Assembly: GCA_014763785.1 (NCBI GenBank)
Contig: JACXUS010000001.1
Span: forward strand, 1 to 53,389
Length of the DNA stretch: 53,389 bases
Source of the DNA: Sphingomonadales bacterium
GTDB lineage: Bacteria; Pseudomonadota; Alphaproteobacteria; Rhodobacterales; Rhodobacteraceae
Direction: 5' to 3'
The notes below the pieces were generated by a model that was given only the letters and a program-made list of their open reading frames with translations, ran no database searches and was not told the origin of the DNA. Below are positions 17,624 to 27,397 of this stretch, one piece after another. A program made the translations under genes and the position numbers. Positions within the stretch are counted from its first letter, which is position 1; every line of letters begins with the position of its first letter.

Positions 17624-20260
17624 TCACCCGGCGCGCGGCTTCTCCGTTCCTTTGTCGGGTTTCGGACCCGATTTCGGCAAGAGTCCCCGCGGCCCGCCCG
17701 CAATCAGGATCGCCACATCGGCCATCGCCAGCATCGGCGACAGCCCCGGCGGCAGCGCGATATAGCGCGGGCGCCACTCGGGCTGGAACTTCTGCTTGAA
17801 GCCGCGCAGCCCCTCGAAATTGTAGAACGCGCCGCCGTGGCGGAACATCAGCCGCCCGAACCGGTTCCAGAGCCGCGCCGTGCGCCGCTCGCTGAGGCCG
17901 GCCAGCGGCGCCACGCCCAGGGTGAATTCTTCGGCCCCGGCGGCGCGGTAATGCTCGATCAGCGAGAGGAACAGGAATTCCATCATTCCGTCGGCCGCCT
18001 CGGGCAGATAGCGCATCAGGTCAATGCCCACCGCCCGGCCGCCGCCCGGAGCGAGGATATTGGCGAAGGCGACGATGCGCCCCGCCCTGCGGATCACCGC
18101 AATCGGGAAATTGTCGAGATAGGCGGCGTCGAACCGACCGACCGAAAAGCCCTTCTCGCGGCCGCTTTTCGTGCCGAGCCAGGCGTTGGAAATGCCTTCG
18201 AGCGTGTCGATCAGCGCGTCGGAATGCGGCGGCTGCAGGATCTCGAGGGCCAACCCCTCGCGCTGTTTCTTGTTGAAGGCGGCGCGCATCGACTTGAATT
18301 TCGCGCCCGCCAGCGAAAATTCGGGCAGCCGCACCACGGCCTCTTCGCCGACCTTGTGAAGCACCAGCCCCATCTCGATCCAGATCGGCAGGTAGCGGGC
18401 GGACACCTCGTAGAAGACCGCGCGGCAATTGGCCTTTTGCGCGGTTTCATAGAAATCCCAGGCCAGCGCGTCGAAGCTTTCCGGCGCGCCGACCGGATCG
18501 CCGAAGGCGACCCAGCTTTTCCGCTGGCGGGCATACATGACAAAGGCATCCTCGGCGGGCGAGAAGATCAGATCCTTGTCGCCCGACAACGCCAGACAGG
18601 CCTGCGGATCGTCCTGCGCGGCGATCACCGCGGCTGCGGCATCGAGCGCCACCGAGCCCCCCTCGCGCCGCCGCCGGCGCACCGGTTGCAGCGCCAGATA
18701 GACCATGAACACGAGGAGCACGGCCGAGCCCGCCAGCCCCGCGCGCAGCGCCCGCGGTGCATTGGCATCGCGCGCGAAATCGGTCAGCACCCAGGGCGAA
18801 TAGGGCATCGCCTCGTGCACGAAGAAGAAAAACAGCGTCGCCGCAATGGCCAGCGCGCCGATCATCGCGAACCAGCCGGGGCTGAAGACGCCCTCGGTGA
18901 TCGTGGTGCGGCGATGGAATTCGCGCCGGAACGGCAGCAGGATCAGCGCGCCCGCGGTGATCACGGCGGCGCTGCCCAGATCGAGGTCGTTCAGCAGCGA
19001 GGCAACGACCCCCCCGGTCAGCGCCGCCAGCGTCAGCCAGAACGCCCCCGAAACCCGCCGCAACAGGCCCTGCGACAGGATCACCAGCACGATCCCCATC
19101 ACCGCCGAGACCAGCGCGCCCCCCTCGAGCAGGATCGCGCCCACCAGATCGTCGCTGTCCCCCGGCCGCACCGACGGCATCAGCGCGACCGCGATCAGAT
19201 AGAGCCCGAGCCCCAGCGCCCAGGCCCCCACGAGCCACGGCACCGCGCCGGAAATCGCGGTGAAGACCGGCCGCAGCGGTGCCGAGACCTCGCCGAAGAC
19301 GCGCGCCGCCCAGCCGCCCGCAAGCCGCGCCTCGTTGAGCGAGACGACGACGAAGGCGATGGTGAAGGGCAAGAGGAAATAGATCGAGCGGAACAGCAGG
19401 AGCGCCGCGGCAACGGTGCCGACCTCGGTGCCGGGGGGCATTGCGGCGATCACCACGGTCTCGAACACGCCGACGCCGCCGGGCACATGGCTGAGCACGC
19501 CGACCATCGTGGCAGTGGCATAGATCGCGAGGAAGGTGACGAAATCGGGCGCCCCCGCGGGCAGGAGCACATAGAGCGTGGCCGCCGCCATCGTGGAATC
19601 GAAAAGCGCCACGACCATCTGCCCGACCAGAATGCCGGGCGAGGGCATCGAGATCTCGAACCGCCGCAGCCGCAATGTGCGCCCCGAGAACGACAAGCCA
19701 AACAGCACCGCCAGCGTCAGCGCCGCCGCGCCAAGCGCGCCTGCACGGATCAGCCCTTCGCTGAAGGGCAGCAGACCCGCCAGCGCCGCGGGATGCAGCC
19801 CCAGCGCGATGAACCCCACCAGCGTCAGCCCGATCCCCATCGCGAGCGCAATATAGGAGGACAGCGCCGCGACCTCGAAGGCATTGAGACCAAAGGCGGA
19901 ATAGATCCGATACCGCACCGCCCCGCCCGAGATCACACTGACCCCGATCGTATTGCCGAAGGCGTATCCAAGGAACCCGCCCAGCAGCACCGCCCGCGGC
20001 GGCAGCTTCTTGCCCAGATAGCGCAGCGCCCACCAGTCATAGCCGATCAGCGCCAGATAGGCGAGCGCGGTCGTCAGCAAAGCGATCGCCAGCACCCCGG
20101 CCGGCATCGTCTTCATCTCGTGGATCACATCGGCGAAATGCACCTTGTGCAGCAGCCGATAAAGCGCCCAGAGCCCGGCACCGAACAGCCCCAGCCCCAG
20201 AACGACCGGAACCACATTGCGCGTCAGCGTGTGACGCAGGCTATGGGCGGGTTCGGTCAT
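17624..20260 (-). CDS. mprF: Aminoacyl(lysyl)-phosphatidylglycerol flippase/synthase MprF
   Basis: Multi-TM N-terminus (GGAVRYR.YS, PGG.GVFE) plus DUF2156 synthase domain (GDPVG, GEEA, EKGFS.G, DLMR, FYNF.GLR.FK.KF.P.W). Confidence 0.95.
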   Translation of the reverse strand: MTEPAHSLRHTLTRNVVPVVLGLGLFGAGLWALYRLLHKVHFADVIHEMKTMPAGVLAIALLTTALAYLALIGYDWWALRYLGKKLPPRAVLLGGFLGYAFGNTIGVSVISGGAVRYRIYSAFGLNAFEVAALSSYIALAMGIGLTLVGFIALGLHPAALAGLLPFSEGLIRAGALGAAALTLAVLFGLSFSGRTLRLRRFEISMPSPGILVGQMVVALFDSTMAAATLYVLLPAGAPDFVTFLAIYATATMVGVLSHVPGGVGVFETVVIAAMPPGTEVGTVAAALLLFRSIYFLLPFTIAFVVVSLNEARLAGGWAARVFGEVSAPLRPVFTAISGAVPWLVGAWALGLGLYLIAVALMPSVRPGDSDDLVGAILLEGGALVSAVMGIVLVILSQGLLRRVSGAFWLTLAALTGGVVASLLNDLDLGSAAVITAGALILLPFRREFHRRTTITEGVFSPGWFAMIGALAIAATLFFFFVHEAMPYSPWVLTDFARDANAPRALRAGLAGSAVLLVFMVYLALQPVRRRRREGGSVALDAAAAVIAAQDDPQACLALSGDKDLIFSPAEDAFVMYARQRKSWVAFGDPVGAPESFDALAWDFYETAQKANCRAVFYEVSARYLPIWIEMGLVLHKVGEEAVVRLPEFSLAGAKFKSMRAAFNKKQREGLALEILQPPHSDALIDTLEGISNAWLGTKSGREKGFSVGRFDAAYLDNFPIAVIRRAGRIVAFANILAPGGGRAVGIDLMRYLPEAADGMMEFLFLSLIEHYRAAGAEEFTLGVAPLAGLSERRTARLWNRFGRLMFRHGGAFYNFEGLRGFKQKFQPEWRPRYIALPPGLSPMLAMADVAILIAGGPRGLLPKSGPKPDKGTEKPRAG

Positions 20261-20353
20261 GCAGCGGGCCTTCATTGCACACCGGCGGGTGCCGGTCCCC
20301 TTCTCTTACAGGGAAGCAAGCCTGAGGCAAGTCGGCATTCCCGGCGCCGGGGG

Positions 20354-21139
20354 TCACGGCCGCAGATGCGCGAGGAAATCGGCATGCAACGCGGGCGGCG
20401 CCACCACCAGCCCATCCGATTGCGCGCCTGGGCGGTTGAAGACCAGCTCGGCGCCGCGCTGATCGGTGACCCGGGCGCCCGCGCGTTCCGCGATCAGACC
20501 GGCGGCGGCAATGTCCCATTCCCATGCGGGCCGCAGCGAGATCGTCGCATCGAACCGCCCCTCGGCCACAAGGCACAGCCGCCACGCGAGCGAGGGGCGG
20601 AAGCTGCGCTTGTAAGCGGGCACCGCGCCGCGCCAATGCCGCGGATCGTCCGACAGCTTCGAGGTCAGCACCTGCGCGCCCAACACATGCCGCGCATCGC
20701 TCGGCCCGATCGGCTGGCCATTGAGCAAAGCTGGCCCCGAGGCGGTGGCGGTGAAGGTCTGATCCAGCGCGGGCAGATGCACCACGGCGGCGGTGATCCG
20801 CCCGCCCTCGGCCAGAGCCAGCGCATGGGCAAAGCCCGCCTCTTCGGACAGGAAAGCCCGGGTGCCGTCGATCGGATCGACGATGAAGACCCGCTCGGCC
20901 GCCAAGCGCGCGGGATCGTCGGTGCTTTCCTCGGACAGCCAGCCATAGCCGGGCCGCGCGCCGCGCAGCCGCTCTTCCAGCATGGCGTTGACGGCCATAT
21001 CGGCCTCGGACACCGGACCCGCGCCCGCATCCTTTTCCCAGGCCTTGGGCGCGGTCTTCCAATAGCTCAGCGCGATCTCGCCCGCCGCCCGCGCCGCCGC
21101 GGTGAGCAGCGCGAGGTCTTCGTCTTCACTGGCCCGCAA
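20354..21139 (-). CDS. Inositol monophosphatase / CysQ family phosphatase
   Basis: GPVSEAD, LSEE, VDPIDGT, WDIAA; TTG start overlapping pmbA end. Confidence 0.88.
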   Translation of the reverse strand: MRASEDEDLALLTAAARAAGEIALSYWKTAPKAWEKDAGAGPVSEADMAVNAMLEERLRGARPGYGWLSEESTDDPARLAAERVFIVDPIDGTRAFLSEEAGFAHALALAEGGRITAAVVHLPALDQTFTATASGPALLNGQPIGPSDARHVLGAQVLTSKLSDDPRHWRGAVPAYKRSFRPSLAWRLCLVAEGRFDATISLRPAWEWDIAAAGLIAERAGARVTDQRGAELVFNRPGAQSDGLVVAPPALHADFLAHLRP

Positions 21140-22475
21140 GTGTCAGCCCCTCGATCAGCAGGGACGGCACGACATGGCTCAGATGCTGGCGCGCGTCATT
21201 GGCGGGGGTGAGGCGCATCAGCATTTCGCGCAGGTTGCCCGCCACGGTGCATTCATTGACCGGATAGGCAATCTGGCCGTTCTCGACCCAGAAGCCCGCC
21301 GCCCCGCGCGAATAATCGCCGGTGGTCGGGTTGATCGTGGCGCCGATGAACGAGGTGATCAAGAGCCCCGTGCCCATCTCGGCGATCAGCTGATCGCGGC
21401 TTTTCGGCCCTTGGCTCAGCGCGACATTGCCCGCCCCGGGCGAGGGCGGCGCCGAGGTCCCGCGCGAGGCGTTCGCGGTCGAGGGCAGGCCCAGCTTGCG
21501 CCCGGTCGCCAGATCGAGGGTCCAGCCCATCAAGACGCCGTTTTCGACGATGGCACGGCGGGCGGTGGCCAGCCCCTCGGCATCGAAGGGGCGCGAACCC
21601 GAGATACGGGCGCGCAGCGGGTCCTCGATCAGATCAAGGCCCGCGGGCAGCACCTGCGTGCCCATGCCATCGCGCAGCCACGAGGCGCCGCGCGCAATGG
21701 CCTGACCGTTGATTGCCGACAGCAGATGGCCGATCAGGCTGCCCGCGACGCGCTCGTCGATCATGACCGGAAAGGCGCCGGTCTTCGGGCGGCGGGGGGC
21801 TGCGCGTTCCACGGCACGCTCACCCGCCAGACAGCCGATCGCGGCGGCACCCGGCAAATCGGCCTGAAAGATGCGGCTTTCGGCGGCCCAGTCGCGTTCC
21901 ATCGACAGGCCCTCGCCCGAGATCGCCACCGCCGAAATCGCGCGCGAGCTGCGCCCGTAGCCGCCCGAAAATCCGTTGGTGGCCGCAATATGGACACGCC
22001 GCCGCGAATAGGAGGCCGAGGCCGATTGCACCTGAGCGACGCCCGCGACGCCCAGCGCGGCGGCCTCGGCCTCGCGCGCGTCGGCTTCCAGCGCGCTGGC
22101 GGCGGGGTCATCGGCGGGGTCTTCAAGCTCGAGCCCCGCGGCATCGCGGCGCGGGCTGAGCTGATCGGGATCGGCCAGCCCGATCCACGGGTCTTCCGGG
22201 GCCTCGCGGGCCATGGCAACGGCACGCTCAGCCATATCGGCAATGGTGCGCGCGGAAATATCCGAGGCCGAGACACAGGCCTGACGCCCGCCGATCAGCA
22301 CGCGCAAGCCGATCTCGATGCCCTCGGCGCGCTCGGCCTGTTCCAGACGGCCCTGACGCACATCGACCGAAACCGAAGCGCCATCCACCGCAATCGCATC
22401 GGCCGCCCCGGCCCCCGCCTTGGTCGCAGCGGCGAGCAGGGCTTCGGTCAGATCGGCAAGACGGGTCGCGGACAT
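21126..22475 (-). CDS. pmbA: TldD/PmbA family protein (PmbA/TldE type)
   Basis: GLRV..G, FDAEG, TANA.RG, TGDYSRGA.GF.VENG, PS motifs; no HExxxH. Confidence 0.88.
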   Translation of the reverse strand: MSATRLADLTEALLAAATKAGAGAADAIAVDGASVSVDVRQGRLEQAERAEGIEIGLRVLIGGRQACVSASDISARTIADMAERAVAMAREAPEDPWIGLADPDQLSPRRDAAGLELEDPADDPAASALEADAREAEAAALGVAGVAQVQSASASYSRRRVHIAATNGFSGGYGRSSRAISAVAISGEGLSMERDWAAESRIFQADLPGAAAIGCLAGERAVERAAPRRPKTGAFPVMIDERVAGSLIGHLLSAINGQAIARGASWLRDGMGTQVLPAGLDLIEDPLRARISGSRPFDAEGLATARRAIVENGVLMGWTLDLATGRKLGLPSTANASRGTSAPPSPGAGNVALSQGPKSRDQLIAEMGTGLLITSFIGATINPTTGDYSRGAAGFWVENGQIAYPVNECTVAGNLREMLMRLTPANDARQHLSHVVPSLLIEGLTLAGQ

Positions 22476-22489
22476 GGATACCTCGGATG

Positions 22490-22520
22490 AAAAAACCGCC
22501 CGGGGGTGACCCGGGCGGTT
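22490..22520 (-). terminator. Rho-independent terminator of the DUF2125 gene
   Basis: AACCGCCCGGG-N5-CCCGGGCGGTT with a T6 run on the minus strand, 14 nt after the stop. Confidence 0.85.
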
Positions 22521-22534
22521 CGGGATGCGTTCTC

Positions 22535-24022
22535 TTACTGGATGCGCTGGCCGTTGGCGAGGATTTCCCCGCCGTCCTTGAACTCGATTTTCGAGGTCAT
22601 CGAATCGTCGCCATTCGGCACGGCATAAAGGCCCAGCATCATCTGCGCGAACATCGCCTGATCCTGCGGCACCAGACCCATCGTCACCAGCTTGTCCATC
22701 AGCCCCTTGGCCCCGACAAGGCCCAGATCGATCGCGCCCACCGGCATCGGCGTGCCCTCGGTCGGCGGGAAGCTCAGATCGCCCGTGCCGGTCAGCTCGG
22801 CCCCCGCCAGCGCCAGACGCAGCTGCTTGATCTTGACGCTGTCCAGCTCGAAGGGCGGCGCGACGGGACCGCCGGGGTCCATGGTGTAAAGGGTCACCAG
22901 CGGTTTCGCCAGACCTTCGAGGTCGATGATCAGCGTGGCCGGATCGCGCGGCAACAGGGCCTGCGGATCGAACATGCCCCAGAGATCGTCAGAGACCGAC
23001 AGCCCCTCAAGCGCGATCTTGCCGTTGAACGGCTGCGGCGTATCGGAGGCGGCCAGCGGGATCGCCATGTCGAAGCTGGAGCTGGCAATCGCGCCGCTGA
23101 CCGGCAGCGGCATTTGCGCCGAGCTCATCTCGAAGGTCTGATCCAGCGCCGAGGCGCTGTAGGTCACCGTTTCGGGCGCCAGAGCGAAAGCGAAGTCACC
23201 CGATTGCGAGGTGCCATTCACCTTGGTCGAATTCTCGCCGTCGGTCCCCTCGACCGCGATGCTGCTGACACCATAGCTGGCCTGCGCGGACATCTTCGCG
23301 CCCGCGCTGAGGGCGGCGGGCAGGTCCTCGAAGCTGACACCGGCGGGCAGGAACGACGCGCTTGTCACGTCGAGGTCGGACAGCTCAGCATCCATCGTGA
23401 AGGTGCCGCCGCTTTCCGGATCGGCGCCCGAGGCAGTGACCTTGACGCCCGACACACGGAAGGTCGAGTCAACCTCCTGCGTCTCGGTGCCCTTGACAGT
23501 ATAGGTGCCCGAGGTGCCCTGAATCGACATCCAGACCTTGACCGGGGCGTTCATTTCGCTGCCGATCTGGGTCTGATCCAGCTCGATCACCAGTTCGGGG
23601 GCGGTCATCGCATAGGACAGCGCTTCGGGCGTGCCCGAGACAATGGTCACCGAGCCGGTCTGACGGATCGACATATCCAGGTTGACATCGGGGGCTTCCT
23701 CGATCGCAGAGGTGGCCTGCGCCTTGATCTCTTCCGAGGTGGTCACCTCGACCGTGCCGTCGCCAAGCTCGCGCAGCCGCACCTCAGGCACGGTCATATC
23801 GAAGGAAGAGTCCTCGGTTTCCTGCGTGAGCGACAGCCCGCGCACGACAAGGGTGTCGCCTTCGCGCGCGGTGCCTTCGTCGGACAGGCTGTAGCCATAG
23901 GCGGTATATTGCTTGCTCCAGGCCTCCCAGACCTGTTCGGCGGTGACATCTGCCATCGCGGCAGTGCTGCCAAGCAGGACCGCAAGAGTGGACGAAAGCA
24001 CTGCGGAGCTCCGCGACATCAT
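22535..24022 (-). CDS. DUF2125-type exported protein (Rhodobacteraceae)
   Basis: Signal peptide then ADVTAEQVW..W; DLW.MFDP...LPRDPATL.IDL.G; C-terminal ANGQRIQ. Confidence 0.75.
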   Translation of the reverse strand: MMSRSSAVLSSTLAVLLGSTAAMADVTAEQVWEAWSKQYTAYGYSLSDEGTAREGDTLVVRGLSLTQETEDSSFDMTVPEVRLRELGDGTVEVTTSEEIKAQATSAIEEAPDVNLDMSIRQTGSVTIVSGTPEALSYAMTAPELVIELDQTQIGSEMNAPVKVWMSIQGTSGTYTVKGTETQEVDSTFRVSGVKVTASGADPESGGTFTMDAELSDLDVTSASFLPAGVSFEDLPAALSAGAKMSAQASYGVSSIAVEGTDGENSTKVNGTSQSGDFAFALAPETVTYSASALDQTFEMSSAQMPLPVSGAIASSSFDMAIPLAASDTPQPFNGKIALEGLSVSDDLWGMFDPQALLPRDPATLIIDLEGLAKPLVTLYTMDPGGPVAPPFELDSVKIKQLRLALAGAELTGTGDLSFPPTEGTPMPVGAIDLGLVGAKGLMDKLVTMGLVPQDQAMFAQMMLGLYAVPNGDDSMTSKIEFKDGGEILANGQRIQ

Positions 24023-24161
24023 GGATTTTAACCTTTCGGAAAAACGGATTTGGCCGCAGCATCCTTTGCGCGGCGTGGATGGTCAAGAGGCGAGGCGGTT
24101 GGTAACAGGTATGGAAAGCGGTACCTGCCGTGAAAGTGACGGCGAAACGATGGGGGCGCGG

Positions 24162-24773
24162 ATGATCCGGCTGACGACCGATAACGGGTTTTGGGTGGTG
24201 ACGATCGACCGGCAGGAGAAGGCCAATTCCCTGACCGGCGCGATGCTGGCCGAGATTGCCGAGGCCGCCGAACGCGCCGCGTCCGAGGGCGCGCGGGTCT
24301 TCGTGCTGCGCGGGGCGGGCAAGGTGTTCTCGGCCGGGGCCGATCTGGATGAGGCGCGCGCAGGCCTTGCCACCGATCCGGTCTGGGAGCGGCTCTCGGG
24401 CGCGATTGCGGCGCTGCCCTGTCTGAGCATCGCCGCGCTCAATGGCACCTTGGCCGGGGGCGCGATGGGGATGGCTCTGGCCTGCGATCTGCGGATCGCC
24501 GTGCCGGGGGCGAAAGTCTTCTATCCGGTGATGAAGCTCGGCTTTCTGCCGCAGCCCTCCGACCCGCGGCGGATGGCGGCGCTGATCGGGCCGGCGCGGG
24601 CCAAGATGATCCTGATGGCGGGGCAGAAGATTCCGGCCGAGGAGGCCTTGGCCTGGGGTCTGATCGACCGGATCGTGGCGCCCGAAGAACTCGATGACAC
24701 CGTGGCGGCCCTTGCCGCCGATGCGCTCGGCGCCAGTGCCGCCCATGTCGCGGGGATCAAGGCGCTGATCTGA
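24162..24773 (+). CDS. Crotonase (enoyl-CoA hydratase/isomerase) superfamily protein
   Basis: DR.EKANSL, FSAGADL, ALNG..AGG..GMALACD.RIA, EAL.WGLID. Confidence 0.85.
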   Translation: MIRLTTDNGFWVVTIDRQEKANSLTGAMLAEIAEAAERAASEGARVFVLRGAGKVFSAGADLDEARAGLATDPVWERLSGAIAALPCLSIAALNGTLAGGAMGMALACDLRIAVPGAKVFYPVMKLGFLPQPSDPRRMAALIGPARAKMILMAGQKIPAEEALAWGLIDRIVAPEELDDTVAALAADALGASAAHVAGIKALI

Positions 24774-24781
24774 GATGCAAA

Positions 24782-24803
24782 CGCGCCCGGGCCCCCGGGC
24801 GCG
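24782..24803. terminator. GC hairpin between convergent genes (possible bidirectional terminator)
   Basis: CGCGCCCGGG-CC-CCCGGGCGCG; only a short T run on the minus strand. Confidence 0.5.
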
Positions 24804-24823
24804 CACAGATGCAGCGGGCCGGA

Positions 24824-25165
24824 TCAGGCGTAGACCGATTCCTTGCCGAAATGCTTGGTCAGCATGTAATAGACCACGACGCGATATTTGTTGCGCTCGG
24901 ATTTGCCATAGGTTTCCAGCACGGCCTCGATCGCCTCCATCAGCGCGGGGCTGTCGGCCAGGCCGAGTTTCTTCATCAGGAAATTGGTTTTCACCGTCTC
25001 GAGTTCGCTCGGCTGGCTGCCGGCGACGGTCGAGGCGTCGGCATTATAGATCGCCGGGCCGCAGCCGATGGTGACCTTGGTCAGCAGATCCATATCGGGG
25101 GTCATGCCACATTTATTCTGCAGATCGTCCGCATATTTGGCGATCAGCTCGTCTCTCTTGCCCAT
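24824..25165 (-). CDS. DUF2853 family protein
   Basis: MGKRDELIAKYA, KVTIGCGPAIY..DA.TV, ELETVK.NFL.KKLGL, RNKYR.VVYY.L.KHFGKESVY. Confidence 0.85.
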   Translation of the reverse strand: MGKRDELIAKYADDLQNKCGMTPDMDLLTKVTIGCGPAIYNADASTVAGSQPSELETVKTNFLMKKLGLADSPALMEAIEAVLETYGKSERNKYRVVVYYMLTKHFGKESVYA

Positions 25166-25299
25166 GTCTCGCTCCCACCTGTCCGGTATTGGATTGACGC
25201 GGGGCACCCCCGCGCGCGGGCAGGTTAGAACGAAAAACCCCGGCCAAGAAAGGGAAAACTGCCCCGCCCTTCCCCGCGGCCTGCGGCCTTTTGCCAATG

Positions 25300-25328
25300 A
25301 AAAGGGCGGGACCCGAAGGCCCCGCCCC
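25300..25328 (-). terminator. Rho-independent terminator of ahcY
   Basis: Minus strand GGGGCGGGGC-CTTCGG-GTCCCGCCC-TTTT with a cUUCGg tetraloop. Confidence 0.85.
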
Positions 25329-25349
25329 ATTGTATCGCATGCGCCGCGA

Positions 25350-26741
25350 TCAATAGCGGTAATGCTCGGATTTGAAGGGGCCCTCCACGGCCACGCCGAT
25401 ATAGTCGGCCTGATCGGGGCGCAGCTCGGTCAGTTTCACGCCGATCTTGGCCAGATGCAGGCGGGCCACCTTTTCATCGAGCGCCTTGGGCAGGATATAG
25501 ACGCCGGGCGCGTAATCCTCGCCCTTGGTCCAGAGCTCGATCTGCGCCAGAACCTGGTTGGTGAAGCTTGCCGACATCACGAAGCTGGGGTGGCCGGTGG
25601 CATTGCCGAGGTTCAGCAGACGCCCTTCGGACAGCAGGATGATCCGCGCGCCCGAGGGCATCTCGATCATGTCCACCTGATCCTTGATGTTGGTCCATTT
25701 GTGGTTGCGCAGCGAGGCCACCTGAATTTCGTTGTCGAAATGGCCGATGTTGCCGACAATCGCCATGTCCTTCATCGCGCGCATATGCTCGATGCGGATC
25801 ACGTCCTTGTTGCCGGTGGTGGTGATGAAGATATCGGCGCTGTCCACGACGTCTTCCAGAACGACGACCTCGAAGCCGTCCATCGCGGCTTGCAGCGCGC
25901 AGATCGGATCGACCTCGGTCACCTTCACGCGGGCGCCCGCGCCGCGCAAGCTGGCGGCCGAGCCCTTGCCCACATCGCCATAGCCGCAGACCACGGCGAC
26001 CTTGCCCGCCATCATCACATCGGTCGCGCGGCGGATGCCGTCGACGAGCGATTCCTTGCAGCCGTATTTGTTGTCGAATTTCGACTTGGTGACAGAGTCG
26101 TTCACGTTGATCGCCGGGAAGGGCAGCAGGCCCTTCTTGTGCAGATCGTAAAGACGATGCACGCCGGTGGTGGTCTCTTCCGAGACACCCTTGATCGCGT
26201 CGCGCTGTTTGGTGAACCAGCCGGGGCTTTCGGCGAGGCGCTTCTTGATCTGGTTGAACAGGCACACCTCTTCATCCGAGGTCGGAACGGCGATCAGATC
26301 GGTCTCGCCCGCCTCGACGCGCGCGCCCATCAGGATATAGAGCGTGGCATCCCCGCCGTCGTCGAGGATCATGTTGCAGGTGCCTTCCGGGAACTGGAAG
26401 ATCTTGTCGGTATAGGCCCAATACTCTTCCAGCGTCTCGCCCTTGACGGCAAAGACCGGCGTGCCCGAAGCGGCGATGGCGGCCGCCGCGTGATCCTGCG
26501 TCGAGAAGATGTTGCAGCTGGCCCAACGCACATCCGCGCCGAGCGCCTTCAGCGTCTCGATCAGCACCGCGGTCTGCACCGTCATGTGCAGCGAGCCCGC
26601 GATGCGCGCGCCCTTCAGCGGCTGGCTGGCGCCGAATTCCTCGCGGCAGGCCATCAGGCCCGGCATTTCGGTTTCGGCAATATCCAGTTCCTTGCGGCCA
26701 AACTCGGCCAGCGCGATATCCTTGACGATGTAATCGGCCAT
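25350..26741 (-). CDS. ahcY: Adenosylhomocysteinase (SAH hydrolase)
   Basis: [57 protein letters not shown]; 463 aa. Confidence 0.98.
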   Translation of the reverse strand: MADYIVKDIALAEFGRKELDIAETEMPGLMACREEFGASQPLKGARIAGSLHMTVQTAVLIETLKALGADVRWASCNIFSTQDHAAAAIAASGTPVFAVKGETLEEYWAYTDKIFQFPEGTCNMILDDGGDATLYILMGARVEAGETDLIAVPTSDEEVCLFNQIKKRLAESPGWFTKQRDAIKGVSEETTTGVHRLYDLHKKGLLPFPAINVNDSVTKSKFDNKYGCKESLVDGIRRATDVMMAGKVAVVCGYGDVGKGSAASLRGAGARVKVTEVDPICALQAAMDGFEVVVLEDVVDSADIFITTTGNKDVIRIEHMRAMKDMAIVGNIGHFDNEIQVASLRNHKWTNIKDQVDMIEMPSGARIILLSEGRLLNLGNATGHPSFVMSASFTNQVLAQIELWTKGEDYAPGVYILPKALDEKVARLHLAKIGVKLTELRPDQADYIGVAVEGPFKSEHYRY

Positions 26742-26806
26742 ATGGGGCTCCCAATCCTGATTGGGGGTCTCTGTATCATCGCAAGGCTTCAGGAACAATT
26801 ACCGGC

Positions 26807-27283
26807 TTAGCCGCTGGGCAGCAGGCCTTCGGTTTCCAGCAACGCGACCGCATCATGGCCGCGTTCCCAGCCGATGCCCGAGGAAACCACGCAGGACACG
26901 CCATCGGCGCGGGTATAGACCGCGGTCCAGGTCCCCATGACATCCGAGGCCCAGAGCTCGACCGAGCGCGCCGTATCCAGCGGGCGCTGCACGCGCGGGC
27001 TTTCGGCGAAATCATGACCGAGCACGGTCAGCAAATCGGCGCGATGGTCGCAAAACGGCACATCGGGCGATTGTGCCGCGCCGATCTCGGTGATCGTGTC
27101 GAAGACCGAAAGATCGCCGAAGTTCAGCTCGGGACCGTGGTCATCCATCGGGCGGCCATGAAAGCTTGCTTGCGGTGGTGCGGCGGGGCCGCCATTCGGA
27201 ATCGCCATGGCGACAGTGCTGGCCACGGCCATCAGCGCGCTGGCGCCGAGCGAAATCCTGGCAATCGAAAGAAGGCGCATCAT
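26807..27283 (-). CDS. Conserved exported hypothetical protein
   Basis: Signal peptide; C-terminal domain C..R...L...F.E...VELWAS...GTWT......G.SCVVSSG..W; SD CAGGAG. Confidence 0.7.
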   Translation of the reverse strand: MMRLLSIARISLGASALMAVASTVAMAIPNGGPAAPPQASFHGRPMDDHGPELNFGDLSVFDTITEIGAAQSPDVPFCDHRADLLTVLGHDFAESPRVQRPLDTARSVELWASDVMGTWTAVYTRADGVSCVVSSGIGWERGHDAVALLETEGLLPSG

Positions 27284-27397
27284 CTGCTCCTGCTGCTTGC
27301 ATTCACCGGCATAACGCGGGGCGGCGCCTTGGGGTTCCGGGGCGGTTTACAGCCGCGGGCGGCTTCGCTAGCAAGGCGGCATCAGCCGGGGGATCAG

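Noticed and set aside
17837-21211. 1124-aa plus-strand ORF
   Set aside because: Antisense shadow of mprF and the phosphatase gene; Arg/Gln/His-rich, no family features
26742-26806. SAH or SAM-SAH riboswitch upstream of ahcY
   Set aside because: No consensus elements seen; only a 6-bp hairpin (CCCAAT/ATTGGG, 26750-26765) touching the SD
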